Source: an uncultured Enterobacterales bacterium (GTDB lineage Bacteria > Myxococcota_A > UBA796 > CAJQPC01). From it: a stretch of DNA of 32,000 bases. Location: contig CAZCVP010000034.1 of NCBI GenBank assembly GCA_964501915.1, forward strand, positions 1 to 32,000, read 5' to 3'. The translations under genes were made by a program, and so were the position numbers. Below are positions 1 through 7,800 of this stretch, one piece after another. The notes below the pieces were generated by a model that worked only from the letters and a program-made list of their open reading frames with translations, did no database searches and was not told the DNA's origin. Numbering within the stretch: the first letter of the stretch is position 1; every line of letters begins with the position of its first letter.

Positions 1-384
1 CAGGACCACGATGTCCTCCGCGGTCGAAGCAACGAGCTGATCGCCGACCCGCGCCTCCACCCGCAGGTGGCCCCGCTCCCGCTCGGTCTGGCTGCGGAGG
101 CGGTCCGCGGACAGGAGCGGCCTGGCATCGTCGGTCGACCAGGTGGTCCCGGCATGGACCTCCGAGATGTGCAGCGCCCAGGGCGAGACCACGTCGGGAT
201 CGCTGGTGATGCGCAGCGTGATGTCCCGGATGTCCTCCTGGCCCGGACTGGCGAGTGTGACACGGCGCACGAAGGGCACGGCGTTCTGGTGGGCGGCGAG
301 GCAGAGGTGGGGTCGAGCTCGATCCCAATCCGAAGGCAGGGCGCCTGGACATCTGTTTCGTTCGTCATCAACCCACTCCGTCAC
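1..384 (-). CDS. 5' end of a larger gene that continues beyond the left edge. Its N-terminus resembles the N-terminal region of DUF4011/AAA_11-AAA_12-type superfamily-1 helicases (family assignment tentative).
   Basis: This gene is absent from the ORF track because it has no stop codon in the window. The reverse-strand translation of 1..~300 reads HLCLAAHQNAVPFVRRVTLASPGQEDIRDITLRITSDPDVVSPWALHISEVHAGTTWSTDDARPLLSADRLRSQTERERGHLRVEARVGDQLVASTAEDIVVL, with strong G/C third-position bias. The only in-frame start is GTG at 384. A better-looking ATG at 368 (MTNETDVQAPCLRIGIELDPTS) lies in another frame, so the start is uncertain. Confidence 0.5.
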   Translation of the reverse strand, partial: MTEWVDDERNRCPGALPSDWDRARPHLCLAAHQNAVPFVRRVTLASPGQEDIRDITLRITSDPDVVSPWALHISEVHAGTTWSTDDARPLLSADRLRSQTERERGHLRVEARVGDQLVASTAEDIVVL

Positions 385-446
385 GCTCGCTCTGACGAAC
401 AGAGTCGACGCGCCACCTCATCGGAGCCCGCCTTCGAGGCCCACCG

Positions 447-1301
447 ATGGTAGCGGACAATATCCTCTCGCCGGCTCTTGGAACCTCTCTGGCAGCGCTA
501 CACTCCCCCACCCTCAATGGAACAGCGATGCAGGATCTCGTCGGCACCCGCCTGGCGCCCATCCCCGGCCACTTCACCGAGCCCGTCCTGGTCGAGGACG
601 CCGAGGAGCTCTCCGCCGAGCTCTGGCAGGTCAAGGTACGCACGATCTCGGGTGTGCTGATCGAGGACATGCTCTCCACAGAGGACCTGCGGAGGGCGAT
701 CGACGAAGGCGGGGCCGAGTCCGGTTTTGTGAGCGACGCCGAAGGCCAGCTCCTGCTCACCGAGGCCCGCCGCATTCGCCTGGCCTACGCCCACGACCCG
801 TACTTCGCCGTGTCGATGTCGGGCATCGCGCCCTACCCCCACCAGCTCGAAGCGGTCTACGAGGCCATGCTCCCCCAGGCGCGCCTGCGCTTCCTGCTCG
901 CCGACGACCCCGGCGCGGGCAAGACGATCATGGCGGGGCTCTTGCTCAAGGAGCTGGAGCTGCGCGGCGTGTTGGCACAGGTGGAGGCCCCCAGCGAGCC
1001 ACCCACGCACGTCGACCCACCCCCGGTGATCGGGGTCCCGCCGATCCCAGGAGGCGGAGGCGCACCTCCTCCTCCCCCACCGCCCTCGAAGAACGACTAC
1101 CGCTTCACCGTGGGCGCCAACGGGAGCGAGCAGATCATGGACCTGCTCCAAGCGCTCTTCCTGCTCCAGGACTGGGCCAGCGAGGCCTTCCGGGCCCATC
1201 TCACCGTGTACGCAAAGGGCGAGTCACCGCTGCCCGAGACCGACCGCGCAGCACTCGTCGAGGCGCTGGAACAGGCGGGCGTCGACATCCAGGCGAGCTG
1301 A
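447..1301 (+). CDS. Truncated or internally deleted SNF2/SF2-family helicase fragment. It keeps the N-terminal region plus motif I only, followed by a Pro/Gly-rich tract and an unrelated tail.
   Basis: Residues ~110-174, RLAYAHDPYFAVSMSGIAPYPHQLEAVYEAMLPQARLRFLLADDPGAGKTIMAGLLLKELELRG, match the Q-motif and Walker A (GxGKT) region of SNF2/RapA-like helicases. No DExH box or later helicase motif follows. Instead the sequence continues with PPPVIGVPPIPGGGGAPPPPPPPSK and a ~70-aa tail. An alternative start is ATG 528 (MQDLVG...). The stop lies 9 nt before the next gene. Confidence 0.55.
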   Translation: MVADNILSPALGTSLAALHSPTLNGTAMQDLVGTRLAPIPGHFTEPVLVEDAEELSAELWQVKVRTISGVLIEDMLSTEDLRRAIDEGGAESGFVSDAEGQLLLTEARRIRLAYAHDPYFAVSMSGIAPYPHQLEAVYEAMLPQARLRFLLADDPGAGKTIMAGLLLKELELRGVLAQVEAPSEPPTHVDPPPVIGVPPIPGGGGAPPPPPPPSKNDYRFTVGANGSEQIMDLLQALFLLQDWASEAFRAHLTVYAKGESPLPETDRAALVEALEQAGVDIQAS

Positions 1302-1310
1302 GACCCGTCG

Positions 1311-2801
1311 ATGACCACGCCACGCTCGACCGCCTACCTCGCCGGTGTTGTCCGCGAGCTCTGCAGGCTGCCCGGCGAGACGGTCTGGACCGAGTTCAAG
1401 GTCGACAACGCCGACCCACAGCTCATCGGCGAGTCCAGCTCCGCGCTGGCCAACGGCGCAGCCCTCCACGGCAAGACCCGCGGCTGGATGGTCTGGGGCG
1501 TTCGCGACGAAGACCACGAGATCGTCGGCACGGAGTTCCGGCCGGAAGCAGTGCGACGTGGCAACGAGGAGCTGGAGAACTGGCTCCTGCGCTTGCTCCG
1601 TCCGCGGATCGACTTCGGCTTCCATGAGGTCGACATGGACGGGGTGCGCGTGGTGCTCCTCGAGATCGACCGGGCAGCCGGGGCGCCGGTCGCCTTCAGT
1701 GGCATCGAGTACGTCCGGATCGGGAGCTACACCAAGAAGCTCAAGGACCACCCCGAGAAGGAACGGGAACTCTGGAGGACCTTCGACCGGGTGGCCTTCG
1801 AAGAGGGCGTGGCCCAGGAGCGCGCGAGCGCCGACGAGGTCCTGCACAAGCTGGACTACCCCGCCTACTTCCACCTGCTGGAGGTACCGCTTCCCGAGGG
1901 TCGCGCCGCCCTCCTGGAGGGCCTCCAGCGGGAGCGGGTGATCGTCCCCTGCCAGGCTGGCGGCTACGACATCACGAACCTGGGCGCCGTCCTGCTGGCA
2001 CGCCGGCTCGAGGACTTCCCGCGGCTGCGTCGCAAGGCCGTCCGGGTCATCCAGTACCGGGGCACGGGGCGCACCGACCCCCTCCGGGAACAGGTCGGCG
2101 GCAAGGGCTACGGCAACGGCTTCGAGGGTCTGGTCCGGTTCCTCGCCGGACTCCTGCCGAGCAACGAAGTCGTGGGCCAGGCGCTGCGCCGGGAGGTGCC
2201 GATGTTCCCACCGCTCGCCGTCCGCGAGCTGGTCGCCAATGCGTTGATCCACCAGGACTTCTCTGTCACGGGTGCCGGACCGATGGTCGAGCTGTTCCAG
2301 GACCGACTGGAGATCACGAATCCGGGCGAGCCGCTGGTGGACAAGGAGCGCTTCCTGGACTGCCCACCCACGTCTCGCAACGAGACCCTGGCCTCCCTGA
2401 TGAGGCGCTTCGGCATCTGCGAGGAACGAGGCAGTGGATTCGACAAGGTGGTCGCACAGGTCGAGATGTTCCAGCTCCCACCACCGCTCATCGAGGTGCC
2501 TCCAGGCTTCACGCGCGTGGTGCTCTTCGCGCCCCGCACGCTCGCCGAGATGGACAAGGACGAGCGGGTGCGCGCCTGCTACCTCCACGCCTGCCTGAAG
2601 TACGTCCAGCGCGACTTCCTGACCAACTCCTCCCTTCGGCAGCGCTTCGGGATTGAGCCCAAGAACCGCGCCATGGCCTCTCGGCTCATCCGGGACGCCA
2701 TCGATGTGGGTCAGCTCGCACCCTACGACCCTGGCGCGTCCCCGAGGTTCATGAAGTACGTGCCATGGTGGGCGACCTCGACGCGACGGGACACGCGGTG
2801 A
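1311..2801 (+). CDS. Schlafen/AlbA_2-domain + HATPase_c_4 ATP-binding protein (COG2865 type; often annotated as 'RecG-like putative transcriptional regulator').
   Basis: The N-terminus, GETVWTEFKV...SSALANGAALHGKTRGWMVWGVRDEDHEIVG, fits the AlbA_2/Schlafen-like fold signature. The central segment, LAVRELVANALIHQDFSVTGAGPMVELFQDRLEITNPGEPL, fits the HATPase_c_4 signature. The C-terminal region looks like a winged-helix domain. Third-position GC bias is good throughout. Confidence 0.85.
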   Translation: MTTPRSTAYLAGVVRELCRLPGETVWTEFKVDNADPQLIGESSSALANGAALHGKTRGWMVWGVRDEDHEIVGTEFRPEAVRRGNEELENWLLRLLRPRIDFGFHEVDMDGVRVVLLEIDRAAGAPVAFSGIEYVRIGSYTKKLKDHPEKERELWRTFDRVAFEEGVAQERASADEVLHKLDYPAYFHLLEVPLPEGRAALLEGLQRERVIVPCQAGGYDITNLGAVLLARRLEDFPRLRRKAVRVIQYRGTGRTDPLREQVGGKGYGNGFEGLVRFLAGLLPSNEVVGQALRREVPMFPPLAVRELVANALIHQDFSVTGAGPMVELFQDRLEITNPGEPLVDKERFLDCPPTSRNETLASLMRRFGICEERGSGFDKVVAQVEMFQLPPPLIEVPPGFTRVVLFAPRTLAEMDKDERVRACYLHACLKYVQRDFLTNSSLRQRFGIEPKNRAMASRLIRDAIDVGQLAPYDPGASPRFMKYVPWWATSTRRDTR

Positions 2802-2927
2802 GCGAGCATGTTGACGGCCACTTGACCGGGCCCCCACCCGGCCAGGCTCCGCGCATCCGCGATCGTATTGATTTCAAGTGCTTGCATCAGGCCACTCCAC
2901 TTGATGGGCACTTGACTGGAGGCCCTC

Positions 2928-4223
2928 GTGGCCTCCCCTGTTGACCCCACCCACCTCTTCGCCACCCTGGAGCGCTCCGGCGCCGGCCTGGCCCTGGACC
3001 ACAAGGACCTCTGCTTCCTCGTGGCGCTCTCGGTCCACGTCGAGGGTCAGGGCCTGGCCTCGGTCTCCGAAGAGGCCCTGCGGGACGTCTTCGAACGCAC
3101 CTGGCAGCACGTGGAGCCCGGCGCCCTCAGTGTGCGCAAGGCCGCGACGGAGAGGATCGAGAAGCTGCGCACCCAGCGCCTGCTGAACCGACTCGCCGCG
3201 AGCCGCTACGCCGCGGAGAGCGACTACGCGCTGTCCACCCTGGCGATGGCCATTGTGCGCTTCTTCCACGAGGACGAGCGGCTCACCCGCGAGTCCCTCG
3301 ACGTGCTGACCCGCACCCTGGAGGCCGAGCTGGTCAAGGCGCTGCAGGCGCTCCGAGAGGTGTCGCCCGAGGAGGTGGGCGCCAGAGTGCTCCAGCCGAT
3401 GCGCGTCAGCGTGAGCACGCTGCTCGGTGGCATCGCGAACCGACAGCAGGGCCTCGACCGGCAGCAGGAGGAGCTGCGGGACGAGGTCACCGAGCGGCTC
3501 GGCGGCACGAGCGAGTCCGCCATGGAGGCCTGCGCCACCCTGCTGGAGAGCATGACGAGCACTCTGAAGGAGCTGACCCAGGTGTTGATGCGCGACTGCG
3601 CTCGGCTGCAGGAGGTCGTGGAACAGATCGCCCAGACCGCGCGGGCGCTGGACCGGGACGACGTGACCACCGCAGCGGCCGACGTGGCCGACAAGCTCCA
3701 CCGGGTGGAGGGCTGGGGCCAGAGCCGACTGGACACCTGGACCGAGTACCACGAGCACGTCCACCGCCACATCCGCATGGTCGTGAGCCTGGACCCCAAC
3801 CGCGCCCTGAGCCACGGGCTGCGGGACCTGATGCGCGACGGCCCCCGGTGGTCGCTCGTGGTGTGCGCCCCCGAGCGCTGGCGAGGGCTCCGTGAGGTGG
3901 ACCAACGGCGCCCCCCGGTGCGGGTCCGCCGAGAGCTGCGGGAGCGCGAGGAGCTGCCCGAGGAGGAGGCACCGCCCGTGGAAGGTCGCGTCGAGCAGGC
4001 CGTCAGGGCGGCACTGGCCGTGGGGCCGACCACCTACGTTCAGCTCGCGCGAGCGCTGCTGCCGGAGACCCCGGAGGGGGGCAGGCAGCGCATGCTCGGC
4101 GAGCTGGCCCGCCAGCTCTCCACCCAGGGCGTGGTGGCGCGACCCCGGACCCGGGACTGGCACCCGATCGGAGCCCTGGAGGTGAACGACTGGCTCGTGC
4201 ACCCGCCCGGGGAGAGCCCATGA
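2928..4223 (+). CDS. jetA: MukF-like kleisin subunit (JetA/MksF) of a Wadjet/MksBEFG-type SMC complex.
   Basis: The gene has a GTG start with GGAGG 5 nt upstream (2918-2922). At 431 aa it is close to MukF in size. The segments TQRLLNRL and LHRVEGWGQSRLDTWTEYHEHVHRHIRMVVSLDPNR parallel the E. coli MukF segments RQRLLNRF and [36 protein letters not shown], as I recall them. An acidic/basic linker (RELREREELPEEEAPP) precedes a C-terminal winged-helix-like end. Confidence 0.9.
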   Translation: MASPVDPTHLFATLERSGAGLALDHKDLCFLVALSVHVEGQGLASVSEEALRDVFERTWQHVEPGALSVRKAATERIEKLRTQRLLNRLAASRYAAESDYALSTLAMAIVRFFHEDERLTRESLDVLTRTLEAELVKALQALREVSPEEVGARVLQPMRVSVSTLLGGIANRQQGLDRQQEELRDEVTERLGGTSESAMEACATLLESMTSTLKELTQVLMRDCARLQEVVEQIAQTARALDRDDVTTAAADVADKLHRVEGWGQSRLDTWTEYHEHVHRHIRMVVSLDPNRALSHGLRDLMRDGPRWSLVVCAPERWRGLREVDQRRPPVRVRRELREREELPEEEAPPVEGRVEQAVRAALAVGPTTYVQLARALLPETPEGGRQRMLGELARQLSTQGVVARPRTRDWHPIGALEVNDWLVHPPGESP

Positions 4224-4888
4224 GCGAGCGCTACCGGAGCCTGGGTGACGTCATCGCGGACGAGCGCTTCCCCGCCGTCGACCTGGCGCTGCGCCGCGGA
4301 CGCCACATCGGCCTCGACGACCTGGAGGACTTCGCCTTCCTCCAAGAGACACGCCACCTGCTGCGGGAGTTCTACGACGGCTACGGCTGGCAGCTCGAGT
4401 TCGCGGACGAGGGCCTGTTCTTCCTGATCCCGCTGAACGACAGCCTCGGCCGGGCACAGCTCAGCGACAACGCCATGCTCGTGGGACAGGCCTGCCTGCT
4501 GCTGCACCTCGATCGGGCGAGCACGCGGGACGCCGGCTGGGTGACGCGGGCGCAGGTCCTGGAGCACCTCGGCGCCGTGCTCGGCGAAGAGGAGCTGGGC
4601 GTGCGCCTGACCGGCTCCAAGCGGCGCCGCGAGACGCGACGCATCGACCTGGTCCACCAGCGCCTCGGCGGGGCGCTGAGGGAGCTGCACCGCCTCGGCT
4701 TCGTGGTGGTCAAGGGCGAGCGGGTGCAGCTACGGCAGGCGCTGGTGCGCTTCGCGGATCCGGTGCGCGGCGACGGCGACTGGCGGCGACGTCTCGAAGA
4801 CCTGGTGTTCCGCGGCTACGTCGTCGTGCCGGGGGAGACCGCGCTCGACGAGGAGCAGGACGACGCCTGGACGAAGGGCGAGGAGTGA
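4220..4888 (+). CDS. jetB: MukE-like subunit (JetB/MksE).
   Basis: An ATGA start/stop overlap couples it to the upstream gene. FPAVDLALRRGRHIGLDDLEDFAFLQETRHLLREFYDGYGWQLEFADEGLFFLIP parallels E. coli MukE [55 protein letters not shown], as I recall it. The C-terminus is acidic. Confidence 0.9.
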   Translation: MSERYRSLGDVIADERFPAVDLALRRGRHIGLDDLEDFAFLQETRHLLREFYDGYGWQLEFADEGLFFLIPLNDSLGRAQLSDNAMLVGQACLLLHLDRASTRDAGWVTRAQVLEHLGAVLGEEELGVRLTGSKRRRETRRIDLVHQRLGGALRELHRLGFVVVKGERVQLRQALVRFADPVRGDGDWRRRLEDLVFRGYVVVPGETALDEEQDDAWTKGEE

Positions 4889-7800
4889 AGCGAGCCCGCG
4901 CGACCCGCCTGGCCCTCGTGAACTGGAAGGGGCTGGTCTACGAGGAGGTAGAGCTTGACCCCGGCGTCACCGCGCTGGAGGGAGAGAACGGCGCCGGGAA
5001 GACCACGGTGATGATCGCCGCCTACACCGTGCTGCTGCCCGATCTCAGCCACCTGCGCTTCACCAACGTCGGCGAGACCGGGAGCACGGGAGGCGACGCC
5101 GGCATCTACGGTCGGCTGGGCCACGCCGGACCGGCGTACGCGTGGCTCGACCTGCAGCTCGACCGCAAGCGGGTGGTGGCGGGTGTGCTCCTGGATCGCA
5201 AGGCGCGGCCTCGCCTGGAGGTCTCACCGTACCTGTTGGACGACGTTCCCTTCGAGGTACCCCTGGAGACCCTGGTGATGCGACGCCACGGAGGCCAGGT
5301 CGAGGTTCCCGAGGCCCCGGACATCCCGAACCTGGCCCTGGCGGCCGGGGCGCGGCCAAGGTCCTTCGGCAAGGACAAGAAGGCCTACTTCAGCGCCCTG
5401 TTCGAGCTGGGCATCACCCCGCTGAGGATGGCCTCCTCGGAGGAGCGCAAGAAGCTGGACGACATGCTGCGAACCTGCATGATGGGCGGGATCTCCAACG
5501 TCCTGCGCACGGGACTGCGGGACTTCCTGTTCGCGGAGAACACCCGGCTTGCGGACACCGTGAAGCGCATGGAGCACAACCTGGCCCTGTGCCGGGACAC
5601 GCGAGCCAGGGTGAGGCGCAGCGAGGAGCTCCGGCGGGAGATCGGGGAGCTCTACGAGAAGGGCGAGTCGACCTTCCTCTACGCCGCCCACGGTGTCGCG
5701 GTCTGGGAGCGGGAGGCGCGGGAGAGGCTACGGGAGCTGGAGTCGGCGCAGACCGCGCTCCAGGACCAGGTGGACCGGGTCGGCGGCGAGCTGGCGCAGA
5801 CCGAGCGGCGCCTCGCCGAGGGGGCGAGCGAGCAGGAGGCCCTCGGGGAACGCCTTGACGTGGCGAACCTGCGGGTCCAGCAGGTGGAGCGGGCGCTGGA
5901 GCTGCTGGACCGGGCGCGGGCGAAGGGGCGGGAGGTAGAGCGCCTGGGGGAGACCTGGCGGGCTGCCCAGGGGGAGCTGGACACAGCCACGGCGGGGCTG
6001 CGGATCTCGGAGGGGGCCGAACAGCGGGCTCGCGAGGAGGCGACGACCGCCGCGGAGAACCTCTCCAGCCACCAGGACGCCTACCAGGAGCTCTCCCGCC
6101 GCGTGGGTCTGCATCGGGCGGCTGTGGAGCGGCTGGAGCGCGCACGGACAGTTCTGGGCCTCCCTGCCCTCCCCGAGGGAGAGCTCCAGATCCGCCTCGA
6201 GTCCACTCGCCGAGAGGAAGCCCGGCTGCGAGACCGGTTCCGGGAGATCGAGCTGCGCGTGGAAGACGCCGAGGAACACGCCGGGCGCCACGCCAACGGC
6301 CTGGCCACCCTGTCCCGGCTTCTGCGTCGCGAAGCCGAAGTGACGGACCTGCCCACCGCCTGGGAGCTGCGGGACAAGCTCCGCCAGGCCAGCACTCAGC
6401 TTCCTCGCCTGGAAGAAGAGGCGACGAGCGCCGCCCGGACCGCAGGCGAACAACGGCGGGCACGGGAGCGAGCGGCAGCGCTCGGTGTCCCCGACGGTCC
6501 GCATCTGAGCGCAACGCTCCAGGGTCTGGAGGCCACTGAGCAGGAGCTCGACGCTCGGCTCGGCCTCGACCTCGTGAAGCAGGCCGAGACCCGAGTCGAG
6601 CAGGCGCGACTGGACCAGGAACTGGCCCGAACCCGGGCAGCGCTGCCCGCGTGGCTGAGAGCGCGGGATCTCCTGGATCGGTTGGCCGAGCGCTGGGGTC
6701 CGTTCGACAGCAGCGAAGGCCTCGCAAGCGGCCACTCCGAGCTCAAGCGAACCCTCGCCGCCCACCAGGAGACTCTGGCCGAGCGACGTGCGGATGTGGC
6801 CGCTCTCACCGAGCGCATCCGAGGCCTGGAGCTCCAGGCCGACCACCCGGAGCACGTGCTGCGTGCCAGAGACGCGGTCGACGCCGAGATCGTGGCCGAG
6901 CACTTCGACGAGGTCGCGCTCGAGCGGGCCGCCACGGTCCAGGCGTGGCTCGGCCAGCGGGCCCACGCGCTGCTGGTCGACAACCCCCGCCAGGCCGCCT
7001 TGAGACTGTCGACGGCCGGCATCCTGGGCCAGGGAGACGAGGTGCTGCTGGTCCGGGGCCTACCGAGTCTCCCCGAGGCACTGTCGACCACAGATACCGG
7101 TGGCGTGGTGGTCACGGACGGACAGGTGACTCGACTCGCCCAGCCGCCGGAGATCCCGGTCCTGGGGCGGGCGGCGCGGGCTCGCGCCCTGGCCGCTCTT
7201 CAGCGGGACCTCGCGAGGGCCGAGGCGGCCGAAGAGACCCAGGCGGCGGAGGTCGATCGGCTCACGGCCGATCTCTCCATGATCGAACAGGCCCTGCCGC
7301 TGGCTCCGTCACTCGACGAGCCCGATCCCCGTCCCCAGATCGACCGACTGGCGCTGGAGCTCTCGGAGCTGGGCCTCCGATCGGCGGACATCAGCGCCGC
7401 GCTCGAAGGCCACAGCAGCAACCTCGACGAGGTGCGCCTCAGGCTGCGGAGGCTACGGGAGCTGTTGCCGACCCTGTCGCTGCTCGATCCTCCCGACTAC
7501 ACCGCCCTGGCCCGCGCGGTGCAGGCGCGACACGGCATTGCCCTCACCGACGCCAAGCGCTGGGAGTCCAGCCAGGCGGACTGGCGGCTCCTGGCCGACC
7601 ACCGGGATGACCTGCGCAGACCCCCCATCGACGAGGAACAGGCGCGGTCCCTTCGAGATGAGCTGGACGCCGTCTCTACCCAGCGGAAGCGCCTGAGGGA
7701 CGCCACCGAGGCCCTCGGTGAGCTGTGCCGAGATCCTGCACCGCTGGGCTGGGGCGACTCTGAGGCGATCCTGGTGGAGCGTGCTGCCCTCACCCCGAAG

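Noticed and set aside
143-1627. Other long off-frame or antisense ORFs in the track. Examples: 143..1627(+), 1224..2837(-), 2874..4202(-), 5414..6727(-), 5728..6966(-), 7453..9387(-), 14771..15892(+), 15943..17583(-), 16290..18566(+), 19516..21444(+), 20297..21457(-), 23283..24620(+), 24184..26682(+), 27293..28696(+) and 30682..31743(-).
   Set aside because: Each overlaps a gene with clear conserved motifs in another frame or on the other strand. Their translations are dominated by Arg/Pro/Gly/Ala runs typical of wrong-frame reading of GC-rich coding DNA.
2723-3004. A 93-aa minus-strand ORF spanning the AlbA_2/jetA intergenic region.
   Set aside because: It overlaps the ends of two well-supported plus-strand genes, has poor third-position GC in the intergenic part, and carries no motifs.
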